From Eledone cirrhosa (lineage: Eukaryota), in NCBI GenBank assembly GCA_964016885.1, contig OZ024745.1, positions 76,322,001 to 76,386,000 on the forward strand: a DNA stretch of 64,000 nt. Direction: 5' to 3'. The translations under genes were made by a program, and so were the position numbers. Numbering within the stretch: the first letter of the stretch is position 1; each line of letters opens with the position of its first letter. The notes under the pieces were generated by a model, which was given only the letters and a program-made list of their open reading frames with translations, was not told where the DNA came from and searched no databases. Below are positions 27,300 to 42,500 of this stretch, one piece after another.

Positions 27300-30200
27300 G
27301 TAAGTTGTCTGCTTTTTAAAAAGTATTATTATTTATTTAAATAAAAGAAATCATTATTTATTTAAGCACCAACTAATTATGCAGCAGCAAATAGAAAATT
27401 AGCGCCCATTCTCTATTAAATGCTCACTAGATATTTTTCAAAAGAATTGAATTTAAATGTATTTCTCCAGTCAGAATCAAATTTGTACGTTCACATTTTG
27501 TAGAATAAAATATTTAATTTCTGATTATTAAAAAAAAATGTTTAATATTTAACAATAGCCTTTACTTTTCTTCGAATTCATCAGGTATTCCGAAACTTTG
27601 TCAATGTTAAACATAAAGTACGATCAGATGTCTGTAGGCGCGAAAATGTCATTGAACATGACGTCGGACCCCAAGACAACTGTGGAAATACTGTACTCGA
27701 CTGTTTAACGAAAACATGCAAAAAGATTTCATTACAATTTGCAGGTATATAAACTATTGTTCATATAATGTATTTCTCACTGGAGTTCTTTCTGATGACA
27801 TCAATAATTTTCACGGTTCTACATAGTTCTCTCAATCATAAACTTTAAATATTTTGTTTTAGTCTCATTTATGAATCGTAAACTATTGTTGCATGAGAAT
27901 CATTAGAAAAGAAAGTTGTGTATTTTGAAGCCATTCCTCTTAAATCTATATCCATAGTAAAACTTGAACAAGGTACTTTAGATTAACAAAAGCACTGGCA
28001 GTTTTACAGTGGTATCATGTTTACATAGGTAGGTTGTATTACTCTTTTGCACGTATTTACATGTTCTTTAGTTACGTGGACTGACCACGGACAAATTTGG
28101 GACACAATACAAACCACTGGCCTCTAGTTTGGTTGTCCGGTTTATCTCGAGCCATAATGCTCGTTAGGCCGGTGCTTATGCTGGTTTCGTGGCGAAAACT
28201 GCACAGTTCATTAGCTAGCTTAGACTCGACAATCTACTTCTTTGCCAGATTCTTAGCATAGACTTTACAGAGGAGGCTTAACAAGGAGATCCCTCTGTAA
28301 TTGGAACAATCTCTCTTGCCTCCCTTTTTGAAAATTGGGATTATCACTCATGATTGCCATTGCTTAGATTCCTTTCCATAGATCCATGCCACCCAGTGCA
28401 CACGAGTCGGCCAAAGAATACATTCTCTATTTAAAGCTTTTAACATCTCGGACCGGATTTCATCTTCCCCAGCGGCCTTGCCACATTTGAACTCTTTAAC
28501 TGCTTTTGTGACGTCAGCCGCCTGGCGATTAGTCATCGCGCTTCCAGATGTACCTCGTTTACAACCGAAGATGCTGTTGTGATCGGGCTTAGGGGATCAG
28601 CAAAGTATTCTCTCCACCCCGCGAGAATACACCTCTCTGAAGAGAGGAGAACCCCAGACGCGTTCTTGATAGCAAGTGCGGACGGTCTGACAGAACACTT
28701 TATTTGCTGATCCGAAGTCGGATTCCAGGTAAATCTCAAAGTCCTCCCATGTCTTAACTTTGGACGCCTTTACTGTCTCTGATGCGATTCTTCATTCCTG
28801 CTTGTAGCACGATGAAAAAAATTAAGGTAACTTAATTTGGTTTTCATTCCCTAATAAATCTGAGGTGCAATATCTACGTAGGGAATCAATATTATTGATT
28901 CGTGTTTTAGAGATGTCCAATAAAATAGGTGGTAGGCATTTTCTAAAAAAAATCAAACTTCCAGAGACAACTATTTCAAAGCTTTAGAGAAGCCTCAAAT
29001 GATAAATGTACAAATCAAAAGTAAAATTAACAAACATCTTATATATTTCCAGCGATGTTTCGAAAAAAGTTTATCAGATTTATTTAGTTATTGAGATTGA
29101 CTATAAACTTACATTTATTTCTAATCGTTTTTCAAATCAAAATAGATCTTTCCATTAACAAAAACTTATCAGCAAATGTCACCGATATTGACACTGGTGT
29201 TACGGACTTCACAATTTGTGGCGAATATGCACAAGACATCATGAAATATTTAAAGGTAAGTTTTCACTTATGTAGCGTTGTTTCTCATTAAAGTATAAGT
29301 AAATCTATGGAACAGGCTTATGTCATGGCAACCTACAACAAAAGGGGAGTGCTTAGAAATTACATAATTGACTATACAGCATGACAGCTTAGAATGTTTT
29401 AATAGAAAAGTGATTTTAGCGTATCCTAAAACAATTCTGGCATTATACCATTTTACAGAAGGAAGTGAATTTAACAATTGAAAGAAAGTGATTTGATTTT
29501 CATTCAGCTTTGCTGGTGTTCGAATTAGTCTTTGAAAAACAACTTTATTTTATTTTTGTCAATATCAAAATAAATAATTTGGTGTAAATTTGCGAGTTAG
29601 TGTGAGAGGTGTAGAGAATTTGAAGATATTTTTAACATTGCCTTCAAACAATTCTGAGTGTAAAACCCCTAGAGGGAATATGTGTAATGGATATCCATGT
29701 GAGATTATAAGTGTTTGAAAATAACTTCGGTCCACATGTCTATTTGTTTTAATAATTGTTTCTACTTTTGGCACAAGGTCAGCAATCATCCCAGTGTATT
29801 ACTGGTACTTTATTTTATCGACCCCGTAAGGACGAAAGGCAAAGTTAACCTTGGCGGGATTTGAACTCGGATCGTAAGAGAATTACTTAACAGCTGATAA
29901 CCTATGTCTTAATAATTATGGAGTTAATGTACATCGAAATTATACAGACGTTGATACTGCTGCTACTACTAAAGATTCATGACATTTTGTTTTGTTTCGT
30001 ATTTTATAAATGCGGGAATATAAATTAACTCGAAAAAATCCTTTAAAAAGATATATAACTTTGATAAATCAACAAACTAGAATCGTTTTTGCTTAATATA
30101 AACATACCTTATACATAATTTTCAACTTTTACTTCAATGCTAACACCAAATGATCAGTGAATAAAATCCAGTTCTTTAAATTCACGAACATCTGCTATAA

Positions 30201-33200
30201 TCTGCATTAAAATTCTTTTTAGCCTATCGAAAGGGAAGATAAATCGCACAAACTAAATATTTCAAATCGAATTTTTTCATTAACAGTGTTGTTAGATTTG
30301 AAAGAAAAATAAACACTGAAAACAAACAATTTCAAGTTAACGAATTTATATCTTATTGTAAACGTCTTTGATGTATTATCGAAGTTTTTTTGTTTTTTAT
30401 AAATTTTAGGAAATTGAAACGAAATGGATCTTACGAGATGATTTTCTATGCAGGCAAAAGGAAATAAGTTGTTATAGTAGAAGGATTGTAATTGATTGGA
30501 TTATCAATGTACAGGTAGGCGTAAAACATTTAAACTTTTTATGTTTCTTATACACCTCTTGATTGAAGTGAAGGTGGCGCGATACATAGCTATTTTGATA
30601 TGGCACTTTTGATACCAATTCATTTCTAAGGAATCATAAGAACGCTGGTAGATATATATTGTTAATTTGATTACGTAGAAATGTACAAACTCAATTGAGA
30701 GTGTTCGTTTAAAAGTGAAAAAACAAAACAAAACAATTTTTGCTTGAGGTTTCTATTTCTGTTATTTGTTTGACATTAGCTTCATTTATCTATTCGTTTA
30801 ACATTTTCAATTAGTTTTATAAATAAAACTACGAGGTGAGATTTGTTTACAATTTACTTATCGTACAATTGTTAGAATAAGTTCTGGCAATAAGTGTATT
30901 GATAAGTACTTATTCATTAGCCAATAAAAATTAATATTTTATTTTTTAAAGGAATAAAGAGACAAAATTACAACTGCAACAGATATGGGACAATATAGCT
31001 CTCTAAAATTAAAAATAGCTGCTTTAAACGACCTACTCCAATTCAACTACTGGTTCAATGTAGTAATGCTTTGAAAACTAATAACGGTAACAAGACACAA
31101 TTCATCACTAAGAAGAGCTACCTTTATATATACCGTTGCTAAGCACCTATTCGCGCTATATTAGTGCTACAGTTAATTAATCCCGACCAAGTCAAACACG
31201 CACTATATGTTATTGGACTTCTCCATCAGATGTTTTATACGCAGAAAATATATAAGCTATAGCATATTCTCCCAGTACCGAATGAGTAAACAGCGAGTCA
31301 CTTACTGATGATGGGTTAACACATCCTGAAACATTATCTGGTGTTCTCATTCGGTTACTGATATAACTGTGACAAGATCACATCTTGAAACATTCCCCCT
31401 GAGACTTTGTTTCTTGTGCATAAGCAAATCGTATATGCCTGTAGTGATAAAACCTCTACAATAGTAGGTTATTAGCTGTGTCGAATGCTTCATTTATATT
31501 GTAAGCGTTATTTCTTTCTGAATTCCACATCAGATAGAATATGATTATTCTCAAAAAATCCTGCTGTATAGAAATTCAATGATGCATAGCGGTGATACAT
31601 GGAGTTACATTTACTCATTGAACTTTCCTCTGATTTCTTTAAAATCAGTTATTGCTTCTGCTGCTTAGTCACAACCATTCTCTCTATATTTTCAGACATT
31701 ATGCATGCATGTAACTTTGATACCTTTCACAGGTTTAGGTCAGTATTGAGCCAGGACATATCTAACTTAATAGCATCACCTGACAGCCTTTCAAATTATG
31801 ATTTGGACAACATGGCTCACTCAAGTAGTTATTGTTAACGGAGACATATCCGGGTGTAAGGGGTTTATCCGGAATTTCTTTGAGAAATTCATTTTGAAAT
31901 TTATAAGTTCTGTTTCGGTTTTTATGTTTTTGTGTGATGTTAAAGAGAACTGAACTAGTTGAAGTGAAATAATTGTGCCGTAATGTTGTGAGATGCGAGT
32001 TTGATTTTTATTGTGGACAGATGGCGTGGGACCCAATAATTAGGTATATTTAAAAGCGGACGCCCACATCATTTGGGTAAGACTGATGGAATATTTTCCA
32101 CATTATGCAGATAATGTAGTGTTCACGGCAGCGTTGAAGAAAGTATAGTTTGAGCTTTTCTTGTTGACCCCAATAGTCAAGGCTTGTCATGCCGTCTATC
32201 GATTTTGTGATTAACCTTTGAGGTGCTTCTATTTTCATAATACTTTGTTTCGTATGAGGAGAGAACAGTGGACAACAGTTTCAAGGTGGGGCTGAGCAAA
32301 AGTAGAGAAGAGAAAAGTTATGGTACGAATATCTCTCAACTGAAAAGTTCTGAAAGTCCAGGAACACACCCTGGGTTTGTACTGACGCAGCTATTAACAT
32401 ATCCCAGTGTTCCAATAATAACAGGTATAAATTTGAATGTATAGTCAGGGTGGAGTATCTGCAGATTTCTCATTAGTTCTGAATAGATATTCTCCTTTTT
32501 GCTAATCCTTAATATTATATTGGCATTTGCTGGGTAGTTAAATTCCACTACTGTGCATGCTTTCTTTTCCCTGTCCCATATCATTATATCTGGTCTGTTA
32601 AGCTTGTATTTTATTGGGGTTTTGACTGGAACATTCCACCAGTTCTCTTTCATATTATGTGTGTCTTCCACATTGCTGTAACTTTTAAGGTTTATCATTG
32701 GGGCTATCTTTTCTGCGGATTCCATTGTATAGTATTTTGGCCACTACATCATACCTCATAGGTAAATAGTACCGTGATCATATCTTTGGACAGCTGCTTA
32801 TGATATGGGTGCCCTCTTCGATGTTAATTCTGTAGAGATTGCATTTGTTGTCACATCTAGGTGTTTTGTCTGCATCCCTATCTCTTTTGTGAATCAGGTA
32901 TTTGTATTGATTTCCTGTTTTTGGATTGCAAAAGCATATCCTTGAAAGTGAGAGCCAATATAGCGGTTGTTGATCCAAGATAGACCACTTTGCTTATCTA
33001 CATCAATCTCACTCTGGTATGTGCGTGTATTATTATTGGTGGAAATAGTGAGTTGGTCTTCCCTCTTTAGCCGTTATATTTGATACCTTAATTAAAGAAG
33101 GCGGGATCTGTGAAATAATATCTATTAAACCATGTTTATTAGGTTTTCCTATTAACCATATGCATAAACATTTACGAAATAGATTTAAGAAACTAATCTC

Positions 33201-36200
33201 GCCAATATGTATTTAGGTTCATGTGAATTTCAGCGAAGAAACCTTAATGCTCACTGTGAAGCTCATAGATGGATATTTAGCAGTTCGATTTACACCCCTG
33301 GAGGAATTACAACTTCTTGGTATTGCCTGTCTCTTTCTTGCTTCCAAATTTTACCAACAAAATATTCTGAAGGTTAGTCATATTTTCTTATTCCTGTTTT
33401 AATATAATTTCTCTCTGATTGTCGAAATGTTTTTGTGCTTAATGTAATTTTATTAAACTATTGTAGATGTAGAAATCTGGTTGATTATATTCATACATCT
33501 ACATTTCTGAATCCAAATCAACTATATCATATTTTCTTGAGAAAGTATATTAAAATAGATTTAGCAACAGAAATAATTGTATTCTGGGTGTTCACAATAC
33601 TTAAAATCTCTAATTCCAGCTATGTTATAATTATACCCATGAAGGTTTTAATTCATTTCCAGGCCTCACAGCTTATCTATCTGACCGATAATTCTTACAG
33701 TAAACAGCAATTACTAAAAAAAGAATTACTCGTTCTAAAAGTGATGAACTTTGATTTATCAATACCAACACCAATTGTTTTCTTAGGGCGATTCGTATTG
33801 GCAGAAGCACATAAGAGGGAAGTATGTAACCTTTTCTTTAAATTGATCAAATTTGCTAGTTTGCGTTAAGTAATAAATGTTTTCAATCACAATCCCTTAT
33901 TTAAAATATATAGTGATTCATTGTAAGATATCTTCTGTCGTTTTTATTGCAATATACGCCACTGGTTGATTTCAAAATGTGAAAACTTCAATTCGTAAAT
34001 GGATTAGATTTTCATAATTCAATTTCATTCTTTTTCGTGGATAATTAATTATATTCTCGTGTAATAATTTGCATTTTAGAACATAAATATCTATAAAGAA
34101 ACAAAATAAAACTTAGTTCTACAAATGAAATCTCATGAAATAATTAATAGCATTCTAACAGAATGACTACAATTATTTCATTGTATATTTTACACAATTT
34201 ATGAACTTCTTTCCCCTATGTAAACTTGTAATGTAACAATGGGAAATCAAATATATTTATTGTCTTTTTACTAAAGCAGTTGGCATGGCATATTTCGGCA
34301 CGAGAAACCTGCCACACGCAAGATTAAATTTACATTTCTTGAAAATGTCATTTAGAAAAAGAATGCTGATAGGAATTTACTCTTTTCATTTATTCATAGG
34401 ATTGTGAATTCTTTAATATTGAAGCGTATTTTAAAAGCATTTTCCATTTTGGTGTGTTTTTACGTGGCCTGGAAAAATAAAGTTTTCGTGTTGAGAATGC
34501 TGGTCTAGATTCTGAAGAAAAAACCATTCCTATACAAAATGGGATATTTCTGAGTGTTACACTAACTAGATTAAGTTTTTCCATATCTTTACATCATCAA
34601 TGAGGATTTTGTGTTTCTAGAAACACATAAAACAATGTTTAATTTAGTCCTGCTCTGAATTCAAATATCACACGACTTACATCAATAAATTAATTATCCG
34701 CAGACCGTTATCACCAAAACAAATTAACTACACTTCATAAAAAAAACTTGTATCTAAAAAAAAAAAGAAGCAACAAATATTTTGGTTGAAAGTATGCAAG
34801 GCAGTTTCGATATCGAGTTGATGCTATTTCACTTGATAAAACCTAATTACTGTAATTACTGGAAAAGCTTATTCCAACTTAGTTTCGACTTCTTGTTGAA
34901 ACAATTTTCAGTTTGCTGTCGTCATTAAAATGTTTGTGAAAGGCATGAAGATCATAACTGTTTATTTCCTTTTCTTTCTAAAATTAAAGCTTTGTATTTA
35001 TTTTAAAAGAAATATATTGAGTTCGAAATATTCAGAGAAAAAATTAAAGATACAGAGCACGTAACTTGTCTTGAGTTAAGAGTAACTTTTTATTGATAAT
35101 ATAATTGGTTCGAATGATTATAATCTGTTATATATATTTAGTATTGAGTAAACTAGGATTAAACAGTAAATGTGTTTACATTTTTAAATAGTGATTATTT
35201 CTGGGGAAGGATGTGCTAAACTAATGTAAAAGTAGTGAGATAAATGGAATTGAACCCACATCAATATGTTTGACGTGGTGTCTCCATATAATTACCACAA
35301 TATTATAAACCCCCTGACCCGTATTAACTATTCTGTTAAAAAACACTGTGGAATTGCTTTAAATTATAGGGGTGCGTATTAACGAATATATTTGTTTTGA
35401 TTCTTCCTTTCAATCTTTTGGTAAATTCGCAACATAAAATATCTTCCTAAAATGAAAGAATCCTTTTCAAAAGCATGGACCTAATTAGAAATATGTTGGT
35501 TGTAAATGATAATAAAAAAAACATTTACTTTCAGTCCTCATTGATGATTTTAATTATGTAAATTTGTAACAAAGAAACCTATTTTTATTCATAGGTGCAG
35601 GACCTGTGTAAATATTTGCTGAATCTGACTCTAGTTGATCACGAATTCGTTGTTTATCGACCTTCAGAAATAACCGCATCTGCATTACTGCTTTCTCGAT
35701 ATATTTTGAACCCTAATATAAAAGAAGCGTGGACGCCTGGGCTGACATATTATACTGGTTACAAAAGGTTCCAATTGGATTCCTGTGTGAGAAAATTAGC
35801 AACAAAGCTACTTGATGTCGAAATATCTGAATACCAGGTAAGTTAAGATATTTTAAGATTCGGTATTTTGGCAATTAAATGAATTTTCTAATAATTCTTA
35901 TTTTATACAAGTTGTTCTCTCTGAAATTTGACCGGTGTTGTGTGTAATATGGGGAATCAAGTTTCTTAGTGGTTAATAAGACATAACTATTTGTTTCGTG
36001 CCTTTCACTGTTCAGACCACCAGTGCCATCGGTCCCGAACTGCAGTTTTCCTTCACAAAAGTGGAGTGCATCCTACTCAAGGAAAGGGCCTCGTGATGTG
36101 AAGTGACTGATACAGTGGGTGTCGCTGGCTGTTCTTCACGGCAATACTTACTCCATCTTGTCCACGAGATGCTGCTCAGATGTACCGCCTAGACAGACGT

Positions 36201-39200
36201 GGTGTAGTCTCCCTTCCCCTAGTTTCATTATTACATTTTATTCCTTTTTATTACGCGAAATATTTATGTAAATAAAATTAGTCTTCAGCATTTTATCTAT
36301 GTTTTCTAATGTAACACCGAGCGAAGTGAGCTTGTGGAAATGGCTGAATACCTATTTGAAATGTCTTTATTGTTCATTTTTAGCAATTGATTTAACCATT
36401 TCTTTTCATAAACCAAGCTTTATACATCTCCCAAAAGGAAATCGGATTAACGAATTAATTCATATTTACTTGCTACGATGCTGTTTTAACATTTTAATTG
36501 TTTACTTTTGTAGAGGAGCTTTCCATATGATCAGGATTACGTTACTACCTAACACTAATTAAAATAGTGAAAGAACAAAAATGTAGTTAAATATGGAAAT
36601 TTAATCATCTCAGTTCCTATATATATATATATATATATATATAATCTCAAATTATAAATGCGAGGAAAGAATAAACAAAGATATACCTAAATAATAATAC
36701 ACCCATCAGATGAATGTCACTTCAACTTATTAGAGCAACTAATGATAAACTGAAGTGAAACTAAACTGGTGCATGTGTTTTTATTGGCAGCATGACTTTC
36801 CCAAAGTATAAAAATGTTTCAACATATGGTTTGCAAAAAAACAAAACAAAATGGTGTGTGTGTGCATGTCTCAAGTCTTTCATACAGAAACAAGATTTTA
36901 TCTTAAATTCTTGTATTTTTCCGAGTTCATTTGTATTCTTTCTTTCTACTAAGTTATCTCAGTGACACTAGTATAATGAGAAAGATTGTCTAAATACACC
37001 CACTAACGGAAATATTGTTTCCTTTTTTAGTCTTCTTATAACCACATTCACATCTTGATTAAAAAGAAAACAAAAAAAACATAACCCCTCAATGTCTTAG
37101 GAACCAGTACTTTTTATGACACTAAGCAGATGAAATATAAATTCTCCTTTGGATATGATGCATGTATCTTCTATAACATTTTCAGATGACCTGATACTGG
37201 CTTCTGAAAAAATGAACTAGTGTATTTCGAAGTGTTGTCTTCAAATACACAAAAGCAACGGCTATGGATTTGAACTCTCCACCCATTAGTTTGCGATTCG
37301 ATACTATATTTACTTAGTCAGCTTACTACAAGAAAGTCTATAATGATATGCATTTTTTATTATCTCGGGATAACCTGATGCTGCTGATTTTATTTACACA
37401 CTAGTTTGTAATGTATAAATAGTTTAAGATGGTTTGGATAAAAATCTGATTCTGGACTGTATTCAGCTAATATTTCATCTTTGTCGTTATCTATTCAAGT
37501 TGATATAATTAGTGTAATAATTTGACGATGCTTCGCAAAGTTTAAATATCAAGATTGGGATACATAATTGGAAAATATTTTCCAGCGACGTTTGTATTTG
37601 CAGTTACTCAGCAGCAATGTATTGAAAACATTTCGTTTCCAACTTCATATATTTGTTCAATATTGCATGCTTTATGCAGTTTCAAAAAAATTTATGGCGG
37701 AGATAATTCTAATAGCAAATCATAGTACACTCATTTTTCAATACTTATCGGATCAGTTTGGTATTAGGTTATATTACAATTTCGTAATAGAAACTTTATG
37801 CAATATAGTAACTTGTTTTCACAGATAATCATGATTTATGATTCCCCATATGTCTATCAAGTAAATAAATTCGTCTTTCAATCTTTCAAAATAGAACTGA
37901 TATTTTAGAATTACTTTTCTTTCTAAATGGATGTCATTGCACTGTTTAGATGTTCAAATGCAGTCTGTGTTCAGGCCCTAGTCAACCATGTTTCAACCTC
38001 TGGTATTTTTATCACTCAATTTCTAAGAGGGCAGTGACAAATTTGAAGTTAGGTGATCACGTAGAGGCTACTCATTGACCCAATATTATTCAAACTGTCT
38101 CTATTTGTGAGGGTGCATTTTTAATCCAGTTTGCATACACCCCCAGCCTTCCCTAATTCTGTATTGAACGGACCACTCTGAGGTATATATTTCCAGCTCA
38201 GAGAATTGGCTAATTGAAGGTTAAGTAGGTTGGTAACGCAATTCAGAACAATTGGGAGAATATGAACTGATAACTCGGAATATTATCTACTCGGCAAGTT
38301 GAGCTCCTTCTAAACAGTATAGATTCAGATTTTGAACATGTGTACTCACCCGTTTGTTATTTGAATGCTCAAATTTCAATAAACACCAAATACTTTTATT
38401 GGAAATTATATGGTTAAAACAAGTTTTTGATATACCGAACCTGCTTATAGATTTCCTCTACAGTCGTGTTAATACACTTTATAATGATATGGATATCACA
38501 GAAAAACTATAGCCTTAAAATTATGAAAATACTTTTCTCTCTCTCGCTCTGATCAGTCGACAAGATCCCAGACCTCATTTGCTTGCCGAGTAGGGTGGAC
38601 CTCGTCAATTCGGACCAAGGAAACAGTGTTTCCATTGTGGATACTATCTACCAGTCGAAACTCCTGGCAGAAGGAGCAATGTGAAATGTCTTGCTCAAGG
38701 ACACAACGCATCACCCGGTCCGAGAATTGAACTCGCAACCTGACGATTGCGAATCCAACTCTCTAACCTCTAAATTGCTGAAATTATAATCTTCTTAAAT
38801 TAATATTTTATTTTCCCGATTGGAAGTTCAGGACAAAAAAGAAAAAAAAAAGAACAAGACATTCACATTTTATTTCATAGTGATCGCTTCAAATAATTAC
38901 CTTTACATGCTCATTTATCTGTTTGTAGGGAAATATGGTTGCTATTTCTATCTTAAATATGACATCTAAAGCTACTTTGAATACTGTAATATTAGATACA
39001 TGATACCTGAAAAATAAGAAGGAATAGTTACATCTAGAATGCATTTTGATAGTTATGCTTTCTCAGGGTCGATCTGGAGCTAAATAAGAATCCCGTTTAT
39101 CAAATTTCAATTTTTTCTGAAAAGTTTTTATTTATATATGTATATATATATATGTGTGTGTGTGTATGTATGTATATATATATATATATATATGTATGTA

Positions 39201-39534
39201 CCCTGATGGTATCCAATGATGTTGACTTGTTCTTCTTTTTGGTAAATATCATCTTGGTTAAGAGAGTGGGACTGGCTTTGTGCAGTGCCATTGCTCACTA
39301 TAAAAGCTTCACGGCACAGGCATTGCTTTATATCTGGAGATCTCTCTGCACTTGTAATCACATGGTACCATGGGCCCAGCACTGTGTCAATAATTGTCAC
39401 AAGTGTAGTGTTTGTACCAGAGTTTTCAAGTCGCAGGCTGGACTAAAAAGTCACACTCGTTCAGCACATCAGTAGGGGTTCTCCTACATGGATATAAAGT
39501 AGTGGCCGTACTCGAAAACGAGTTGGCAGCCACC

Positions 39535-39596
<62 letters not shown>

Positions 39597-42500
39597 ATGT
39601 GTGTGTGTGTGTATGTATGTATGTGTGTGTGTGTATATATAAAGGGAGTTGGAAGAGTCATTAGAACGTTGCTTTATGGTATTCGTTCCGGTTCTCGCTC
39701 TCCGAGTTTAAATCCTGCCAGGGTCAACTTCGCCTTTCCTCCTTATAAGGTCGATTAACAAAGTACCATTATAGTACTGTGGCTGAATCTTCCTCTATAT
39801 CTCTTTCTCATTTCCTCTCTCTCACTTTCTATCTTTCTCTGGAAGAAATTTGCTGTACTCAGGTCTGGAGAGGGATGGGATCCGACAAGCATGAAATGCC
39901 CAACAAACGCCGTATGTCAATACGACGCCCCTACAACACGCGCGCGCGCGCACGTTATTTTGAAAATATCTTTTGAATTATATGCATGTGTATATTAGTA
40001 TTTTACTCCGCAGTCCTGACTTGATAATGTTACAGCAGCAAAAGTCACGGTACGATTGTAAATTCGTTTTCTAGTAATTATAAGATTGAAATGAGTAATC
40101 ATTTAACTATGTTTAGGTAATTTTAAAGATATTAATGAAAAATGTTAGATCAATTTTCTGTGAGAAAAGTAATTTGCTACACGAACATCAACACGACTAA
40201 AACCTATATCTTAGTTATGTTAATGAGACATTAACTTGTAAACTTAGAGTATTATTGGTTATAATTGATATTCAAACTATATTATGAAGTAGATTATTTA
40301 TTTTCTGGCCTTCAAGGCAACAAAATACACGAAGAAGCATCTTTACAGCATAATATATACATTTATAATATGCAGCTGTTTGTTCAAATTATTTCTTCTG
40401 TATTTGCTGGTTTATAGATATTCGGCTTATTTCTGATATATGCTTTAGATTAATCTTTAAAAAAAATCTCTTTACCCGAGTTCTACACTTGATTTATGTA
40501 TTAACATATTTAAGTGGAAGGAAAACGAATAGTTCTCAAGATCATTTCAAACCCTTTCAATCTACTATGGTTTATGCTTATCTTAAAATTCTACAGGTTG
40601 ATATCTGTAGGAAAAATATGCATGAAGAAAGAACTACAGAGATCTGCAGTTATGACAATGAGTCTGCAAACCGCCCGGATGGGCTTACTTTTGAACTAGC
40701 ACGTGAGCCTTGTAGAAGAGGAAATAAAGTCTTTGATTGACAGTTTTGGTAGGAGAGCTAGCCAGTAAGGGTTGCTATTATGTTGTTCATGATCAGTAAG
40801 GATTTAGTGCTGGTCTATTTCTTTGATTTGTATAGAAATTGTGTGTCTGGTGTTCAAGGAGATTTTCGATGATTCTGTTCATGGAATTCCAACTTGTGTG
40901 GCGTTTAAGCTGCCCATGTTTAACGCCGATGTGTGGAATATTGAGTTAGGGTGTAGCTAGATATCTGTGTAGGTGTTTGTATGTATGGTTGTTGTAGCAT
41001 ATACACCAAGAAAAGTGTAGTAACTATAACCGAATCTGAGAATATACCAGAGTTAATGGTATGTGGTTTGAAAGAATATTGCCAATGGACGTATAGATGG
41101 AGTGGTTTGACAAGAAATGGTCAACGGATAACATCCAAAGGTGAGCAAAATATAGTGCGGATATTTTCCTGTCAGACAGGCTCGCATGTTTCTTTCTGAT
41201 GCCAAACGCAAGATTTTACTGATATAGTTAAGAGAAAAAGCATTACTGTCTCACTAAATAAAGTAATATTCCTAAAGATATGTCTGTATGGAAACTAATG
41301 AGCACTAAACATTATAAAAGTAGTTGTTTATGACTGTTTCCACCACTATTGTGATTGAAGAATGATACATATTCAGAACAAATAGTAGTGAGAGGCTGCT
41401 CTTCTTTGCAGTAGGATCACGCCATCACGTGTGTAAATAGAATACCATAGGTTCTTGTTCAGAAAGAAAAAAAAGAAAAGTTTGATGGAGACGCATTATT
41501 TCATGGCAAGGGTGGTGGATTGGCAGTATCGGTAGAGCGTTGGACACCCTGATTTGCGGCATAGTTACGGCTCTTTACGTTCTGAGTTCAAAACCCACCG
41601 AGGTTAGCTTTACTTTTCATCCTTACGAGATTGATAAAATAAATTACCAGTAACGCACTGGGGGTCGATTTAATTGACTTCCCTCTCCTCACAAATTCGT
41701 TGACCTGGTAATCAAAGTAGCATAATTAGTGTTCTTATTGTGGTTAGTGATTAGAGGGCAGTCAGAGAGCTTTGGAAAGGTTTTGATGTTAACCGGACGG
41801 AAAAAATGGTAGATTAATTGCAGCAGTGTTGCATGTAGTCATCTTAGTCGAGGCGTGTCGGAAGTGGTGGGTAGAATAATTTTGCAGCATACGGAAAGAT
41901 CCTGTTAGTAAAAGATAAAAAGGATTTGAGGAATGAGACAGCAGATAGTGATACTTGAAATAATAGTTTGCTTTTAGAGGATTAATTTTCAAGTATTGGA
42001 AATGTAGGTAAACACTTCCCATTTGGAGGAAGTGAGTATGTTTCTTCTAGTATGTTATCTTTTATAATTCACTCTTCAGTTTAGCCTCGCGAGCTGGTAG
42101 GCTCTTCAAGCGCACCTCCTCACCATCCTCCGGGGAAATGCCTTCTACATTCTACCCGCCGGAGCCGCAGAGCGGCCAGCCTATGCTCCCCCCCCCATTT
42201 GATCATAATAGAGCGGGAGAGACGGAGGCAGTGACGGGGGTTTGGTTCTTTTGTTTTCTGACCTGGTGTATGTTTCACTGACACACACACACTCATATAT
42301 TTGAAGGTTTTGAGGTTGAAGGTAAAATTGTCTGAGCTCTACCAAATAAAGGTCTTTTGAGACGTTCATTGAAGCCAAACTGACAGAAGCAACATGAATC
42401 AATAAATGTAGTTTACTAAAACTACTACTTCCTGTTCACATGCCTACATTTAAGACCAATGTTTTCCATTATACATTTCCAGAGTACATGTAGCTTCAGA

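Noticed and set aside
39206-39475. Small ORF with hydrophobic N-terminus plus C2H2 finger in family B
   Set aside because: Broken by a stop or frameshift in the other copies (11784, 12630, 9436); it is a LINE 3' remnant, not a gene.
42080-42197. GC-rich segment as HDV-like ribozyme
   Set aside because: P1.1 and P2 could not be formed; probably a TE 5' remnant.
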